A program made the position numbers and the translations under genes. The notes beneath the pieces were generated by a model. It searched no databases. It saw nothing but the letters and a program-made list of their open reading frames with translations, and was not told where the DNA came from. A DNA stretch of 64,000 nt, taken from Mobula hypostoma (Eukaryota). Location: the NCBI RefSeq assembly GCF_963921235.1, contig NC_086107.1, positions 106,580,001-106,644,000 on the forward strand, read 5' to 3'. This document shows positions 14,700 through 28,590 of the stretch, piece by piece (position 1 is the stretch's first letter; the number at the start of each line of letters is the position of its first letter).

Positions 14700-15290
14700 A
14701 TTCAAAGTTCAAAGTAAAACTCATTATCAGAGTACATACATGTCACCACATACAACCCTGAGATTCGTTTTCCTGAGGGCGCACTTAGCAAATCGATAGA
14801 ATAGTAACTGTAAACAGGATCAATGGATGACAAACTGCGCAAATGCAGATCTAAATAGATAGCAATAAATAATGAGAGCATGAAATAACAAGATAAAGAG
14901 ACCTTAAAGTGAGACCATTGTTTGTGGGAACACCAGGAGTAGACTGAGTGTAGTTATACCCTTTGGTTCAAGAGCCTGATGGTTGAGGGGTAGTAACTGT
15001 TCTTGAACCTGGTGGTGCGAGTCCTGAGGCTCTTGTACCTTCTACCTGATGGCAGCAGCGAGAAGAGAGCATGGCCTGGGTGGTGAGGATCTCTGATGAC
15101 GGATGCTGCTTTTGTACAGCAAAGTATCATGTAGATGTGCTCAATGGTTGGGAGGGTTTTACCCCAGATATAATAGGCCGAATCCACTATCGTTTGTAGG
15201 ATCTTCAACTCAAAGGCATTAATATTCCCATACAACGCTGTGATGTAGTCAGTCAGCACACTTTCCACCAGACATCTAAAGAAGTTTGCC
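14700..15290 (-). mobile_element. Rex1/Babar LINE 3' fragment. Same family at 15880-16720(+), 21920-22870(+), 39440-40055(-), 40405-40910(+), 47400-48280(+)
   Basis: Recurrent peptide FYRC.VES.L..CIT.WYGN...DPHHPGHALFSLLPSGRRY.SL...T.RFKNSYYP in the ORF track. Confidence 0.8.
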
Positions 15291-17627
15291 GATATTTTGT
15301 TATTGATTTTCCCTTGTATTATTTCAAATGGTCTGCATGGGTGGCGTGCAAAATGTTTTTCACAGTACGCCAGTACATGCGACAAAAGTAAACTAGGTTA
15401 CCAATTGCAACACAGACAAAAAGCTAGAGGAACTCAGCAGGTTAGGCGGCATCTGTGGAAATGAAGAAAAAGTTGACGTTTCGGGCTGAGACCCTTCTTC
15501 AGTACTACCAATTTACTATTTGAGCTCAATGTGCGAAGAGAGGCCAAGGTCAGGATGGTTAGGACCTGAGACTAGAATCGAGGCACGATACGAGACTGAG
15601 ACGAGGACAGGATTCTAAACTAGATGCTAGACAAGAACAAGAATCCAAGTTGAGCCGATAATTGAGCACCGAACCTCAGTTCAGGTGCTCTTTAAATATT
15701 CAAATCCTGGCACCAAAACATGGCCACCTACTAGCGGGGTGAGCTGAGTCTTTAAAAGTGCTATCCATATTCTGGAGAGATGGAGTATCTTAACCCTGGA
15801 AGCTGGTACAGTTGGGTGCATATCGTAACATGGTGTTCCATGCTTCCTTCTTCTTTTACTTGTATGTCCTTGGCTGCTCAATTTTAGCAAACTTCTATAG
15901 ATGTGTGGTGGAAAGTGTACTGGCTGGCTGCATTACGGCCTGGTATGGAAACACCATTGTCTTTGAGCAGAAAATCCGACAGAAGGTGGTGGATTCGGCC
16001 CAGTACATGAAGGATAAAGCCCTCCTAACCACTGAGCACATCTACATGAAACGTTGCCATAGAAAAGCAGCATCCATCATCAAAGATCCCCACCACCCAG
16101 GGCATGCTCTACTGTCGCTGCTGCCATCAGGTAGAAGATACAAGAGTCTCAGGACCCGCAGCACCAGGGTCAAGAACAGTTACTACCCCTCAACCATTAG
16201 GCTCTTGAACCGAAGAGCAAAGAAACACTCATTCTACCTCTGGTATTCCCACAACCATTCGTCTCACTTTAAGGACTTTATGTTGTTATTTCATGCTTGT
16301 TATTTATTGCTATTGATTTATATTTGCATTTGCATAGTTTGATGTTCATTGATCCTGTTTACAGTTACTGTTCTATAGATTTGCTAAGTACCCCTGCAGG
16401 AAAAAGAATTTAGACAATAGACAATAGGTGTAGGAGTAGGCCATTCGGCCCTTTGAGCCAGCACCGCCATTCACTGTGATCATGGCTGATCATCCACAAT
16501 CAGTACCCAGTTCCTGCCTTATCCCCATAACCTTTGATTCCGCTATCTTTAAGAGCTCTATCCATCTCTTTCTTGAAAGCATCCAGAGACTTGGCCTCCA
16601 CAGTCTTCTGGGGCAGAGCATTCCATACATCCACCACTCTCTGGGTGAAAAAGTTTTTCCTCAATTTCAGGGTTGTATGTGGTGAGACGTATGCGCCCTG
16701 ATAATAAATTTTACTTTGAACTTTGTATTAATTTCCAGTGTGGAGACTAAATAACATGACCAGACTTTGCAGCTCTTGCGATTCGTTACACAAGTGAGTT
16801 TAGAAGGTCCATTTAATGGCTGCCCCATTTCACTCCATCAGGCCTTCTACCCTTCTCTCGCCCCCACCTTCTCTCTCCCCCACCTTCTCTTTTACTCTGA
16901 CTAGATTGCTACTTCTGTTTCTCAGTTCTGATCAAGTCTTCCACCTGAAACTCTTCTCTCTTTCTGACTGGCTTAGCTCTTCTGTCTTTGTTACCTCAGA
17001 CTCTCCTTGATTCGCTCAGTAGGCAACTCTTTGAGACGCCGAGCTCTTCCCCAGAATTGCCCAGTTTTGCCTTCTCTAACCGGATCTTTGGTCGATGTTG
17101 TGCTGAGCCGTCTGTCTCTCGCCTTGCTTGAGAAGTCTTGTTCTGAAACTCCTGTGAACTGGCTCTCTCAGTCGCTTCAGACTACAGACACCTGAATTGC
17201 TCTGAACGGCCTGCCTTTGAGGGTTGTGAATAATCGCATTGTGTTGAGATACCATACACTGGATCTGTTCATGATCTTTCCCCAACCCCACGGGCTATTC
17301 TGTCTGGGATGGTGGAGGCTCAGGGAAGTCTTCAGAGAAGTTTATGACATGATGACAGGCGTACCATCAGAGACCTGAACTGGCATGGATAAACATCATT
17401 CACCACTACTCTGAACTAATTCTATGACCTGCAGCTTCACCATTCAAGGACTTTGCAACCCACGTTCTTAGAACTATTTATTTATTTATTACTTTCATGA
17501 TTTGTCTGTTTTTGCAAATTGGTTGTCAGTCTTTGATTATGCATAGTTTTTCATAAATGTTATTGTATTTCTTTATTTTCCTGTAAATGCCTTCAAGAAG
17601 ATGAATCTCAAGGTTGTACCTGGTGAC

Positions 17628-18066
17628 CAATGTTCCCTCTAAGCTGTGCGTGCACGCATCTTTTGCTACTAGCGCACAAAGGAATTTAAACTGCGCACAA
17701 AATGTCGTCACCCTCCACCTCCGTGGGTTAGGTACATTTCACGATTGTACGCAATCACATTTCCTTTACGGTTTCTGATGCTGATGGTGCTGACTACATG
17801 GAATTTGCCATGATTTGTCTGCAGATTTTAGAATTGGCTTATTTATACTGTTTTTACTGAAGAAATTATTGATTCACTATGTCGAATTCCAAGGACGCAA
17901 AGGGCTTGAAGCGCAAAAGTACGGGATGGCTTATCATCCCCAGAATAGCTTCAGGTTAACTTCCACTTAAACATCAAGTGTGCACATGTTGTTGTCACTG
18001 GGCAAAAAAATTGCACAGCACAAGATTTTTGCGCTCACTGGTCATTACAAATTAGAGGGAACATTG
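17628..18066. mobile_element. Non-autonomous hAT-type DNA transposon (439 bp)
   Basis: 15-bp TIRs CAATGTTCCCTCTAA / TTAGAGGGAACATTG and an 8-bp TSD with one mismatch (ctggtgac / atggtgac). Confidence 0.85.
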
Positions 18067-19933
18067 ATGGTGACGTATATGTACTTTGATAGTTTGACTT
18101 TGACTTATCGTTGTCACATGTACCGAGATACAGTGAAAAGTTTGTCTTACTTTTAAGATAAGATTGCCTTTATTTGTTGCGTGTACATCGAAACGCAAGA
18201 GTGAAATGCACTGTTTGCGTCAAATCAAATCAGCAAGGATTGTGCTGAGTGGTGACTGCAAGTGTCACCACACTTTCGGTGCCAGTATAGCACGCCCAGA
18301 ACTCAGTAAGGCAGATACATTATGGGCATCTAAGAAACTCGTAGACAGATGCATGGACGGTAGAAAAAATGGAGGGTTATGTAGGAGGGAAGGGCTAGAT
18401 TGATCGTAGAGAAGTTTACAAGGTTGGCACAACATCGTGGGCCAAAGGGTCTGTACTGTGCTGTAATGCATGTTCTGTGTTCCAGCCCTAACTGTACATC
18501 TTTGGATTGTGGGAGGAAACCAGAGCATTCTGAGGAAACTCACAGGGAAAATGTACAAGCTCCTTGCAGACAGCCGTGGGAATTGAACCCTGACCTTACA
18601 GAGCGTGGTGCTAACCTGTTCACTTGCGTATTGATCACAGAACACTGGATTATTACACAGCGCGTTGAAGTAGAACAAGGCAAAATAACAATAACAATGC
18701 CGAATAAGGTGTAGCAGCCACACGGAACATGCAGTGCAGGTAAACAATGAAGTGCAGGACCTTAATGAGGTAGATTGTGAGGTGAGGAGTCCAATTTATT
18801 GCAAGTGTCTGCAATGTCTGCTTGTGACTGCTGTATAGGTTTTGGCACTGCTCCACCTTGCCTGATTGGGCAGGGTCAATGCTCCCCAGAGTATAATTTC
18901 TGGATCTCCTGGCTATACAACACTTGGAGTGTCTAAAACCATCTTCCTCTGTCTTGAGGGAAAGAGGTATGGTCATTTGGAACCACATTCTGACCTATCT
19001 GAGAATAATGAACATCTTCTTGTTCTCAATCAAAAAGCTCTGTAGATATTACTCTACCTCTTTTTGGCTCAAGCACATGGGGCTTGTCCCCTCCTCTTGA
19101 AGAAGCAAAACTCTGATCTCAAACCTCCTGACCTTCACGTGTGGATTAGCTACTAAGCCCAGTGCAATTGTTTCTACTGTCAGGAGAAGGGGAAAAAAGC
19201 GGGTTACAGGCACCTTAAAGCCAATTGTTCTAAGCTGAGTTGGCAACTCATCTTGGAGAAGGAAAACTCTGATCTCAAAACTCCGCTGCCTTGCACCCAT
19301 ACCCACTCATGGGGCAGGCTTCGGGAGTAAACCCTGAGGGAAAAATCCAGTGCTGGAGTCCCTAAGGCAGTCCGATGCTGAGCTCAACGCTGACTGGCAA
19401 CTCCTGCGATGCCAGTGGTGCCAAACTGTATCAGTCTCTGCCACTCTGCTGGATTCACCAGCTGCGTGGAGAGGAGGAGCCTGCTGCCTGGGCTCCATAT
19501 CGTACTGCCCTGGCTTGCATATCATGTAGGCAGTTGGGACGCGCCATCCATGGTTGCCCCTGGCCAAAGGAGGACCTTCTCTTTGGTTGTGGCCTTTCAA
19601 CCTGCCCATTCCCAACTTCATTCTACACCCCCCCCACACTGTCTTCTGTGGGTCCATCTGAGTTTTTTGTCTGCCTTTATCTTCCTCTGTCTCCTAGCAC
19701 CACTCCTCCCCTGCTTTCTCCAACTGTCCATCATCCTTTGGTCCACCGATCACCTGCTGACCCATTGTCTCCCACCTCCCCTTCTCCTCTTCATACCAGC
19801 TCTCGTCCCTCTCCACTCTCGGTCCACAATAGAGACCCACATCAGAATCAGGATTAGCATGACTCACATATGTAAAGAAATTTGTTTTTTTTTGTGTGTG
19901 GTAGCAGCACAGTGCAATACATAGAATTACTAG

Positions 19934-19994
19934 AGTACTGTGCAAATGTTTTAGGCACCCTTGTATATGTGCCTAAGACTTTTGCACAGTACTG
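19934..19994. mobile_element. Short palindromic MITE (TIR CAGTACTGTGCAAAAGTCTTAGGCAC-like). Family members at ~3236-3468, 42895-43320, 56415-57177
   Basis: gtactgtgcaaa..ttaggcac ... gtgcctaa..tttgcacagtac inverted ends recur through the window. Confidence 0.65.
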
Positions 19995-22386
19995 AATTTC
20001 ACATCTCGAAGTGCCATCTCCACTCCCATTGCTATTCTGCACCAGACCTCCGCCATCTCAAGTAGTTCTACTTGACTTTCCCTGATCTGCAACCCGCACA
20101 CTCAGTGATCCCACAATACCTTATCAGTAAAGGTCTGAAGATGGTATCTCTTTGCCAGTGCCTCCTGTCTAATCACTTTCTCATCAACCATTTCCTCTGT
20201 TCCCTGATTCTGTGTTCCAACTTGGTAGTTCTCAGAAAACTGCGATGGTGGCAGATTAGAACGTCCTTGCAAGATTTCCACCAGGTTCTGAGAGAGACCT
20301 TGCTAAGTGTGAATGAAGTCATTGATGTTTCACATCTCTTTGGCTCTAAATCGCCTTCTCTTGGGTGCTATTGCTCCATCCTTGTCTGGGATTTCAGTGA
20401 GTTTGTTCACCCTGAGGAACTTTTCCCCTTGTTCCATAAACAGGGCAAACACTTTTAATTCCTGAACTCACCACACATAAGATACTGGAGGAACTTAGCA
20501 AGTCAAAGTTCAAAGTACATTTATTATTGAAGTATATATGCACCCTTAAATTCGTCTTCTTGCAGACAGCCACAAAACAAAGAAACTTTATAGAACCTGT
20601 TTAAAGAAAACCACCACACGAAGACGTGTGAAGAAAAAGAACAAATCGCACAAACAGCACAAAGTGAAGAAATAACACATTTAACATCAAACCCTAGAGT
20701 CCTCAAAAGTGAGTGTCAGGCAGTATCTATGGAGGGGAATAAACAGTCGATATCTCATCTCATGGTGGGACCCTTTTTCAGTCCTTTACCTCTTCCCCTT
20801 ATCCCCTCCCAGCCTCTTAAACCACCCCTCTTTGACCACCCACCCATCTTCCCCATTATCTGGTCGCACCTATCACCTGCCAGCTTGTACTCCTTCCACC
20901 CTCTCCCCACCTTCTTATTCTGGCCCCCCAGTCCTGAAGAAGGGTCTCGGCCCGAAATGTCAACCATTTATTCCTCTCCATGAATGTTGCCCGAATCTGC
21001 TGATTGCTCTGGATTTCCAGCATCTACAGAATCCCTTGTGCCAGTATAGATGTCGGGGGCACTGCCCACTGCTCCTCCAGTTGGAGGACCCCATTTCTTT
21101 TCTTCCTTTAGACTGGATAACCGACCTGCATCTCCTGACTGAGACATCCCTAACTCAGTGGTAGGGCTGAGTATGCAGGCTCTTGCAAACAACAGAGCTT
21201 AACTATTAGTCAAAAAACAAAACCTTTATTGAAAACAATAAGCTGTTATAGCAGTGTCAAGTGCCACAATATATCAAAAGTCATACCACCTGATAAACCA
21301 AAGCACGGTGAAAAATGCCAATTTGCACGTCACCCAAGAGTTCACTTAATCAAGACAGCAATCAGGTTATTGCAGGCAAAAGTTCCCATCTTTTTCTTAT
21401 ACCATGGAACCCTGCCCTCTTCCCCGGGGCACCACTGCTCAATACAAGAGGACATGGCTTTAAGGTAAGGGGTGGGAAGTTCAAGGGGGATATTAGAGGA
21501 AGGTTTTTAACTCAGAGAGTGGTTGGTGCGTGGAATGCACTGCCTGAGTCAGTGGTGGAGGCAGATACACTCGTGAAGTTTAAGAGACTACTAGACAAAT
21601 ATATGGAGGAATTTAAGGTGGGGTGGGGTTATATGGGAGGCAGGGCTTGAGAGTCGGCACAACATTGTGGGCCGAGGGGCCTGTACTGTGCTGTACTATT
21701 CTATGTTCTATTAACTGAGGGGTCCATGGACTCCAGGTTGGGAACCCCTGGTACAAAGGAAAGGCCAGAATGAAGTGTCACACTTATTGAGAAAGTGTAG
21801 TTCAGGTAACCAATGAGGTACAAGATCATGATGGGTAGACTCTAAGCTCAAGGGTCTATCTTAGTGTACTAGGGTACCATTTAATAGATGTGTAAATATT
21901 ATACCTTTATTGAAGTCTGTAATAGTGTAGTGGAGAGTATATTGACTGGCTGCATGACGGTCTGGTATGGAAACACCAATGCCTTTGAATGGAAAATCCT
22001 ACTAAAGGTTCAGCCCGGTACATCACGGGTAAAGCCCTCCCAACCATTGAGCACATCTACAGGAAATGCTGTCACAGAAAAACGGCTTCTATCATCAGGC
22101 AACCCCACACTCAGGCAGTGCTCGCTTAGAATATTGAAATCTACAGCACATTACAGGCCCTTCAGCCCACAATGTTGTGCAGACCATGTAACCTACTCTA
22201 GAAACTGCCTAGAATTTCCCTACTGCGTAGCCCTCTGTTTTTCTAAGCTCTAGGTACCTGTCTAAGAGTCTCTTAAAAGACCCTTGCTCCTGCCATCAAG
22301 TAGAAGGTACAGGAGCCTCAGGATTCACACCACCAGGTTCAAGAACAGTTATTACCCCTTGAAAAAAAGGGGGATAACTTCACTCA

Positions 22387-22589
22387 AACAACAGGAATTC
22401 TGCAGATGCTGGAAATTCAAGCAACACACATCAAAGTTGCTGGTGAACGCAGCAGGCCAGGCAGCATCTCTAGGAAGAGGTACAGTCGCCGTTTCAGGCC
22501 GAGTCCTGACGAAGGGTCTCGGCCTGAAACGTCGACTGTACCTCTTCCTAGAGATGCTGCCTGGCCTGCTGCGTTCACCAGCAACTTTT
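22387..22589. mobile_element. Fold-back (inverted) Penelope terminal-repeat insertion
   Basis: Inverted arms around ~22500 and an exact TSD ATAACTTCACTCA at 22374-22386 and 22590-22602. Confidence 0.85.
22502..22537 (+). ncRNA. Minimal type I hammerhead ribozyme motif (Penelope-borne)
   Basis: agtc-CTGACGA-agg(gtctcgg)cct-GAAAC-GTC-gact: intact core, helix I agtc/gact, helix II, and a loop-less palindromic helix III. Confidence 0.72.
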
Positions 22590-25500
22590 ATAACTTCACT
22601 CACTTGCCCATCCATTGAGATGTTCCCACAACCAGTGGTCTCACTTTAAGGACTCTTTATCTCATTATCTCATGTTCGCGTCATTTATTGCTATTTATTT
22701 ATATTTGCATTTGCACAGTCTGTTGTCTTCTTCACGCTGGTTGATCTTTGATTGATCCTGTTATTGTTACTATTCTATAGATTTGCGGAGTATGCCCGCA
22801 GGAAAACTAATCTCAGGATTGTATATGGTGACAGATATGTGGTTTGATGATAAAATTTACTTCGGCTTTGACAATAGTTTTATAACAGCAGGGTAGAAGC
22901 TGCCCTTGAGCCTGTTGGTACATAATTTCAGTCTTCTCTCTCGTCAGCCTGATGGGAGGAGTGAGAAGCGAGAATGCCTGGAGTGGGCGGGCTCTTTCTT
23001 TATGTTCGTTGCTCTAGTGAGTGAGAGATGTAGTGAGAGATGTAGATAAAGTCCGTGGAGGGGGAATTGGGTCTTGTAATATGTTGAGACATATCTCTGC
23101 TGTTTATTGTGGTCCCAGGCAGAGGCTGTGAAGGTTTATATAAAAATTGGCAAGAGTTAACAGGAACATGCTGAATTTCTTTAGCCTCCTGAACATGTCA
23201 AGGTGTTAGTGCATTTTCCTGGCTGTGGTGTCAATGTGTTTGGGCCTGAGCAGGCTGTTAATGAGCAGGCTGTCCCAGGAACATGAAGCTCAGCTTCAGT
23301 ACCATTGATGTAAAGTGGAGCACATAGACCACCTCACGTCCAGAGGGATCTGAAATGGAATGTGTGGACCATCCCACATCCTGAGGGATCAGAAATGGAA
23401 CGTGTGGACCATCCCACATCCTGACCTCTTGACATAACATATTTACACAATATGCACTAACTAAGAACGCCTACAATTTAATCGTTCATCCATTCATTCA
23501 TTCATCTATCTGTTTCTTTATCTATCTATCTATTTGTTTATCTATCTACCTGTATGTCTATTTAGTTGTCATTTAGAGGTACAGCACGTTAACAGGCTCT
23601 TCCGGCCCAACGAGCCCACACCACCCAATTACATCCATGTGACCAATTAACCTGCTAACTCGTACACCTTTGGGATTTGGAGGAAACTGGAGGACCCAGA
23701 GGAAGCCCACACCGATCACGGGAAGAACGTACAAACTCCTCGCAGACAGTGGCGGAATTGAACCTGGATCGCTGACACTGTAATAGTGTTGTGCTGCTAT
23801 GCTAGAGATAGAGTCACGAAGTGTCTATTTTTTGATGGGCTTCAGTCCAGTTGGACCAATTTCCTCACCCACAACTTTCTCATCTAGCAATATTCTTTAA
23901 CGCCATCCATCTGGAATTGGTTTGATAAAAAAAATAAATGTTCAGGCATCATGATGGCTTACTACCACCCACAAAGCTGTTCATCTCCAGGACCCCTGCT
24001 GCTGGAGTCCATGTTTTTGTTACCTTGACTACTCCTGTCTGTTCCTCTGTTCAACCCTCCATAAAGCTGGAAGTCATCCAAAACTCTGCTCCCCATGTCC
24101 AAACCAGCTGATACGATTCACCCATGGCCCCTTCCCTCACTGACCCAAATTGGGCCTCATTAGGCAGGGTGATTTTGAAACCCCGCTCTGTTATCACTCC
24201 TTCTGACCTCTGTAACTTCATTTGATTCTGGAAACATCCGCTCTTTCAGTCCAAAGTTTAATCTTCCCACTGGACGGAACGAGATCTTCGACCACCTGAA
24301 ACCTCAGTTTCTGAGACCCCTCCCTAAACCCCCTGCCTCTCTTTTTTCTAACACACCCTAAATTCACTTATTTCTCTGAAATGTGGTTCATTGTTTGTGT
24401 TTTTTATTCCATCTCCTTTTGTTGCTCTGACATATTTTGTTTGGTTACCCTTGCGTGAGGCGCCTTGGTGCTCCCCGTGTCCTGACCAGCCGATACCATT
24501 CACCTATCGTAAACACAGAACTCTCTGCAGATGCTGGGGTCAAAGCAACACTCACAACACGCCGGAAGAAGGGCTCCGGCCCGAAACGTTGACTGATCGT
24601 TTCCACGGATGCTGCCCGACCTGCTGAGTTCCTCCAGCGTGTTGTGACCATTCACCCCTCGTCACGGACCCAAATTGGGCCTCATTAGGCAGGGTGATTT
24701 TGAAACCTCTCTCTGGTCTCACTTCTTCTGACCTCTGTAACATCCTTTGATCCTAGAAATCTCTGCTCTTTGTGGCAAGAGCGCTGTACTAATGCTAATT
24801 ATAGGCTCACCATGCCACATATCTGCATTCGTAAAGGTCGTCCAATTATTTAGGACTTATTTATTCAAAATATTTTCTTTTAATGATTAAAAAATGATGA
24901 ATATTTCATACTGCTGGAACATAGTCACAGAGAACAGCACTGTGGGTGGCGGTGAGAAGGTCCCCATTCACACTGCCTCATGCTGGCGACCTGCTAAGCT
25001 TTGGCCTATTTAACGAGCTCTGCAAACTCCCGTAGAAACTAATTGTGTTTCGTTCACTGTTTCACCCTCTTGCAACAAAACATCACATCTTGCAAAACAA
25101 GGAGAGGCTGCTCAGTTCGCTGTGTTTGTAACCACTCTGATGGAACAGCCCCAGATTAAGCCCACCCACTCACTTTCTCTACGTGCTCTACCATTTCCAA
25201 GCAAGTCCCTCTTCCTCATTCTCTCCTGATTGGCCCATGCTGATCTTAAATTAATTCCATTATCTTAATAGCTTTTCATTGTCCCTTATGGATCCTCTCC
25301 TGATCCACTGCTCCGAAATCTTCTCCATGTTGTGTGTTAAACCCTCTCCAACCCCAAACTAATCCCACCGTCCCACTTTTTCCTGTCGCACTGTTCCCCA
25401 CTGCTCCACTCTCACCCCCAGAGCCTGATTCAGTCCATAACTATTTCCAATATCCCGTGTCTCTCCATTGCCCAGTTGTCCAACCAATTCTGTTGTTCGA

Positions 25501-28159
25501 TAGCCATTGTTTCCCATTTGCTGCGCCAAAGGGAATAATGCTTTACTCATTTGCTCTAAGTGGTAAGAAAGCTGGCTGTGTCTCTCACCCACAATGGTTG
25601 GAGTTAATGGCTTCTGCAAGGAACACATGTTCAAAGTTCAAAGTACATTTATTATGAAATAATATTTATTTATTATTTATTCATAATGAATCTTTTTATC
25701 ATTTATTTATATCTATCCATCCACCTGTCCATCCATCCATCTATTTATCCATCTATCTATTTATCTATTCATCCATCTATATATCTATTTATGTACAATA
25801 ATTTATGAATATATGTCACCATATATTACCCTAAGATTTGTTTTCTTGTGGGCATTCACAGTAGGTATAAAGAAACACAATTGAGTGTTGTGAAGCAGAA
25901 ATACAATGTGAAATCCACTCACTTGTATTAAAGATTCAAAGTACATTTATTATCAAAGTACGTTTGCAATTTACAACCCTGAGAATCATCTTCCCCACAG
26001 ACAACTACGAAAACAAATAAAACCATGGAACTCGTTCAAAAAAAAAATCATCAACCTCCACATGCAAAAAAAAACAACAAATCACGCAAAAGGCAAAAAA
26101 AGAACAAGTGGAAAACGCAGAATATAAAACACAAAATCGAAAGAGGCCAGGCATATGTAGTTCAGCTCAGTTCAGTTTAATTTAGTGCTGTGTCATTCAT
26201 TATACGGCTACTTATTAATGTATCAACTTACACAAAATGCTAGAGGAACTCAATAAGTCAGGCAGCATCTACGGAGGGGAATAAACCACCTTGCTGCTAA
26301 TACACAACGCACTACAGCAACACTAAAATTCATTTTGATCACTGCCCAAAAATGGACTTCATTTCTTTATTCTAATTGAGTTCTTTTGGTAAAAATTGTG
26401 TCTTATTTATATGTATTTTATGTTTTTCTTGTGAATTTTTGTTACAAGATGCTAAGTGTCTGGCATGCTGCTATAAGTAAGTTTTCCATTGCACCTTTAG
26501 TGTGTACTTGTGTGTCTGACATATAAACTCGACCTGATAAACCAATTTACCAGTTTGTGGGAAAAAGAAACAGTTAATGTTTCAGGTCATTTCAGCATTG
26601 CATAGCTATTGCAAAGTGCAGAGCTGATAGGTGAAGGTTTCTCACCAGGAAACGTACTTTGCAATTGGTGTAATCTGCACAGTGGCGCCAAGTTGAATGT
26701 GCGCACACGCAGACTGAGACACACAGGCAGTTTGAGGAAGTAAGAGGGTTCTTGTGGTGCATAGGAATGTTTAAGCTCACAGTCTCCTATACAGCACAAG
26801 CATGATGTTGTCCACACACTATTTATTTATTGACACACAACATGGAGTAGGCTTTGAGCTACGCCACCCAGAAATCCCCCAATTTAATCGCAGAGCAATT
26901 TACAATAACCTGTGCATCTTTGGCAGGAGGACCCGGAGGAAACCCAGGTGTAAAGGGGGTGGGGGGGTGGGGGAGAACACACAATCTCCTCATCTCCTTA
27001 CAGGCAGAAGTGGGATTTGAACCCACGTTGCCAACACTGTGCGGCGTTGTGCTAACCACTATGCTACCGCGCCGCCCTGTGTTCGAACTTTCACCGGCGT
27101 CCGTTCACCCTCCACCCTCGCGTCCGCTGGCTACAATGGTCAGATTCTAAGAACTTCTGTTCTTTTGTTATCAAATCCGTCTCTTGCCTTCTCAGAGTCA
27201 AAATTGAGTTTATTGTCATTTGCACAAGACCATATACGCACAGGTGCAATAAAAAACTTACTTGTAGCAGCGTCATGGGTACAAAGCATCATATAATTAC
27301 AAGAAAAACGTAAATTATACACATGTGTGGGAAACCACTGATATTTTATTAATACCTTTTATAATATTTGTACTTTTTAACATATTCATGTAGTTTTCAC
27401 ACACTGGCAGAAAACGATAGAGTAGCTAAACTAACGGTTAATCGCCTTTCTCATTCTTCATTGACTAAGTGTTAGCGCATTACCCACATGACGTAATTTG
27501 TTTAATTTTGTAGCCCATTAACTATTCATTCCTACCTGAGGAATTTCTCTTATCTACAAAAATGGGGGATTTTTCAGAGGAACCATCGGTATTCTTTTGT
27601 CTTACACCCCTTAGCATTAATTCCCCTCTTAGCATCGTTTCTCACCTCTTTATTTAGGTTGCACAGTATTTGTACGTTTGTGCTCCAAAATAAACTGAAA
27701 TCTTTGAAATAAGACTGCTCGCCAGTTTTCCCTCCCAGAAGAACACTACGGATTAGAAAATAAATAACACGAGCAAGAACAGAATCGGAACTGAAAAAAA
27801 CCCATCTATTTTAGTGCAGTGATGCAAGATTTCGACGCTAAATCTTGGCAATTCCTTTACTCCTGCAGGTGCTGCTTTCTCCACTGAGTTGCTCTGGCAG
27901 ATTGCTCGCTGCTCCAGATTCCGGTATCTGCTGTCTCTTGTGGCTCCATCGCTTGTTCTGCTCCTCCCTGTGTCTGTTATCTCCTCCATCTCTGTCACAC
28001 CCAGAGATCTCAGTGCTTCGCCCTGCAGACTCTGGAAGTTCATCCCAAAGACCTCTCCATCACACCCTCATCCTTTGAATCAAGCATTTGATCCGTCTCC
28101 TTACAAACTTATGTGCATCTATGTAACATTTTGTTGAATAAGCTCAGACAGGGCATTGA

Positions 28160-28590
28160 GACAGTGTGGCACTCTCTCTGACAGTGAGACACTCCCTCAG
28201 TACTGTCCCTGTGTCAGTGACACTCCCTCAGTACTGTCCCTCTGACAGTGAGGCACTCCCTCGGTACCGTCCCTCCGACAGTGCGGCACTCCCTCGGTAC
28301 TGTCCCCCCGACAGTGAGACACTCCCTCAGTACTGTCCCTCTGACAGTGAGACACTCCCTCAGTACTGTCCCTCTGACAGTGAGACACTCCCTCAGTACC
28401 GTCCCCCTGACAGTGAGACACTCCCTCAGTACCGTCCCTCTGACAGTGAGACACTCCCTTAGTACCGTCCCCCTGACAGTGTGACACTCCCTCAGTAGCG
28501 TTCCTCTGACAGTGAGACACTCCCTCGGTACCGTCCCTCTGACAGTGAGACGCTCCCTCGGTACTGTCCGTCTGACAGGACAGCATTCCC
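28160..28590 (-). repeat. 33-bp minisatellite, about 12-13 units (CACTCCCTCAGTACYGTCCCTCTGACAGTGAGA)
   Basis: Visible periodicity and 11-aa periodic ORFs in several frames. Reverse complement of the 52.8-kb array unit. Confidence 0.95.
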
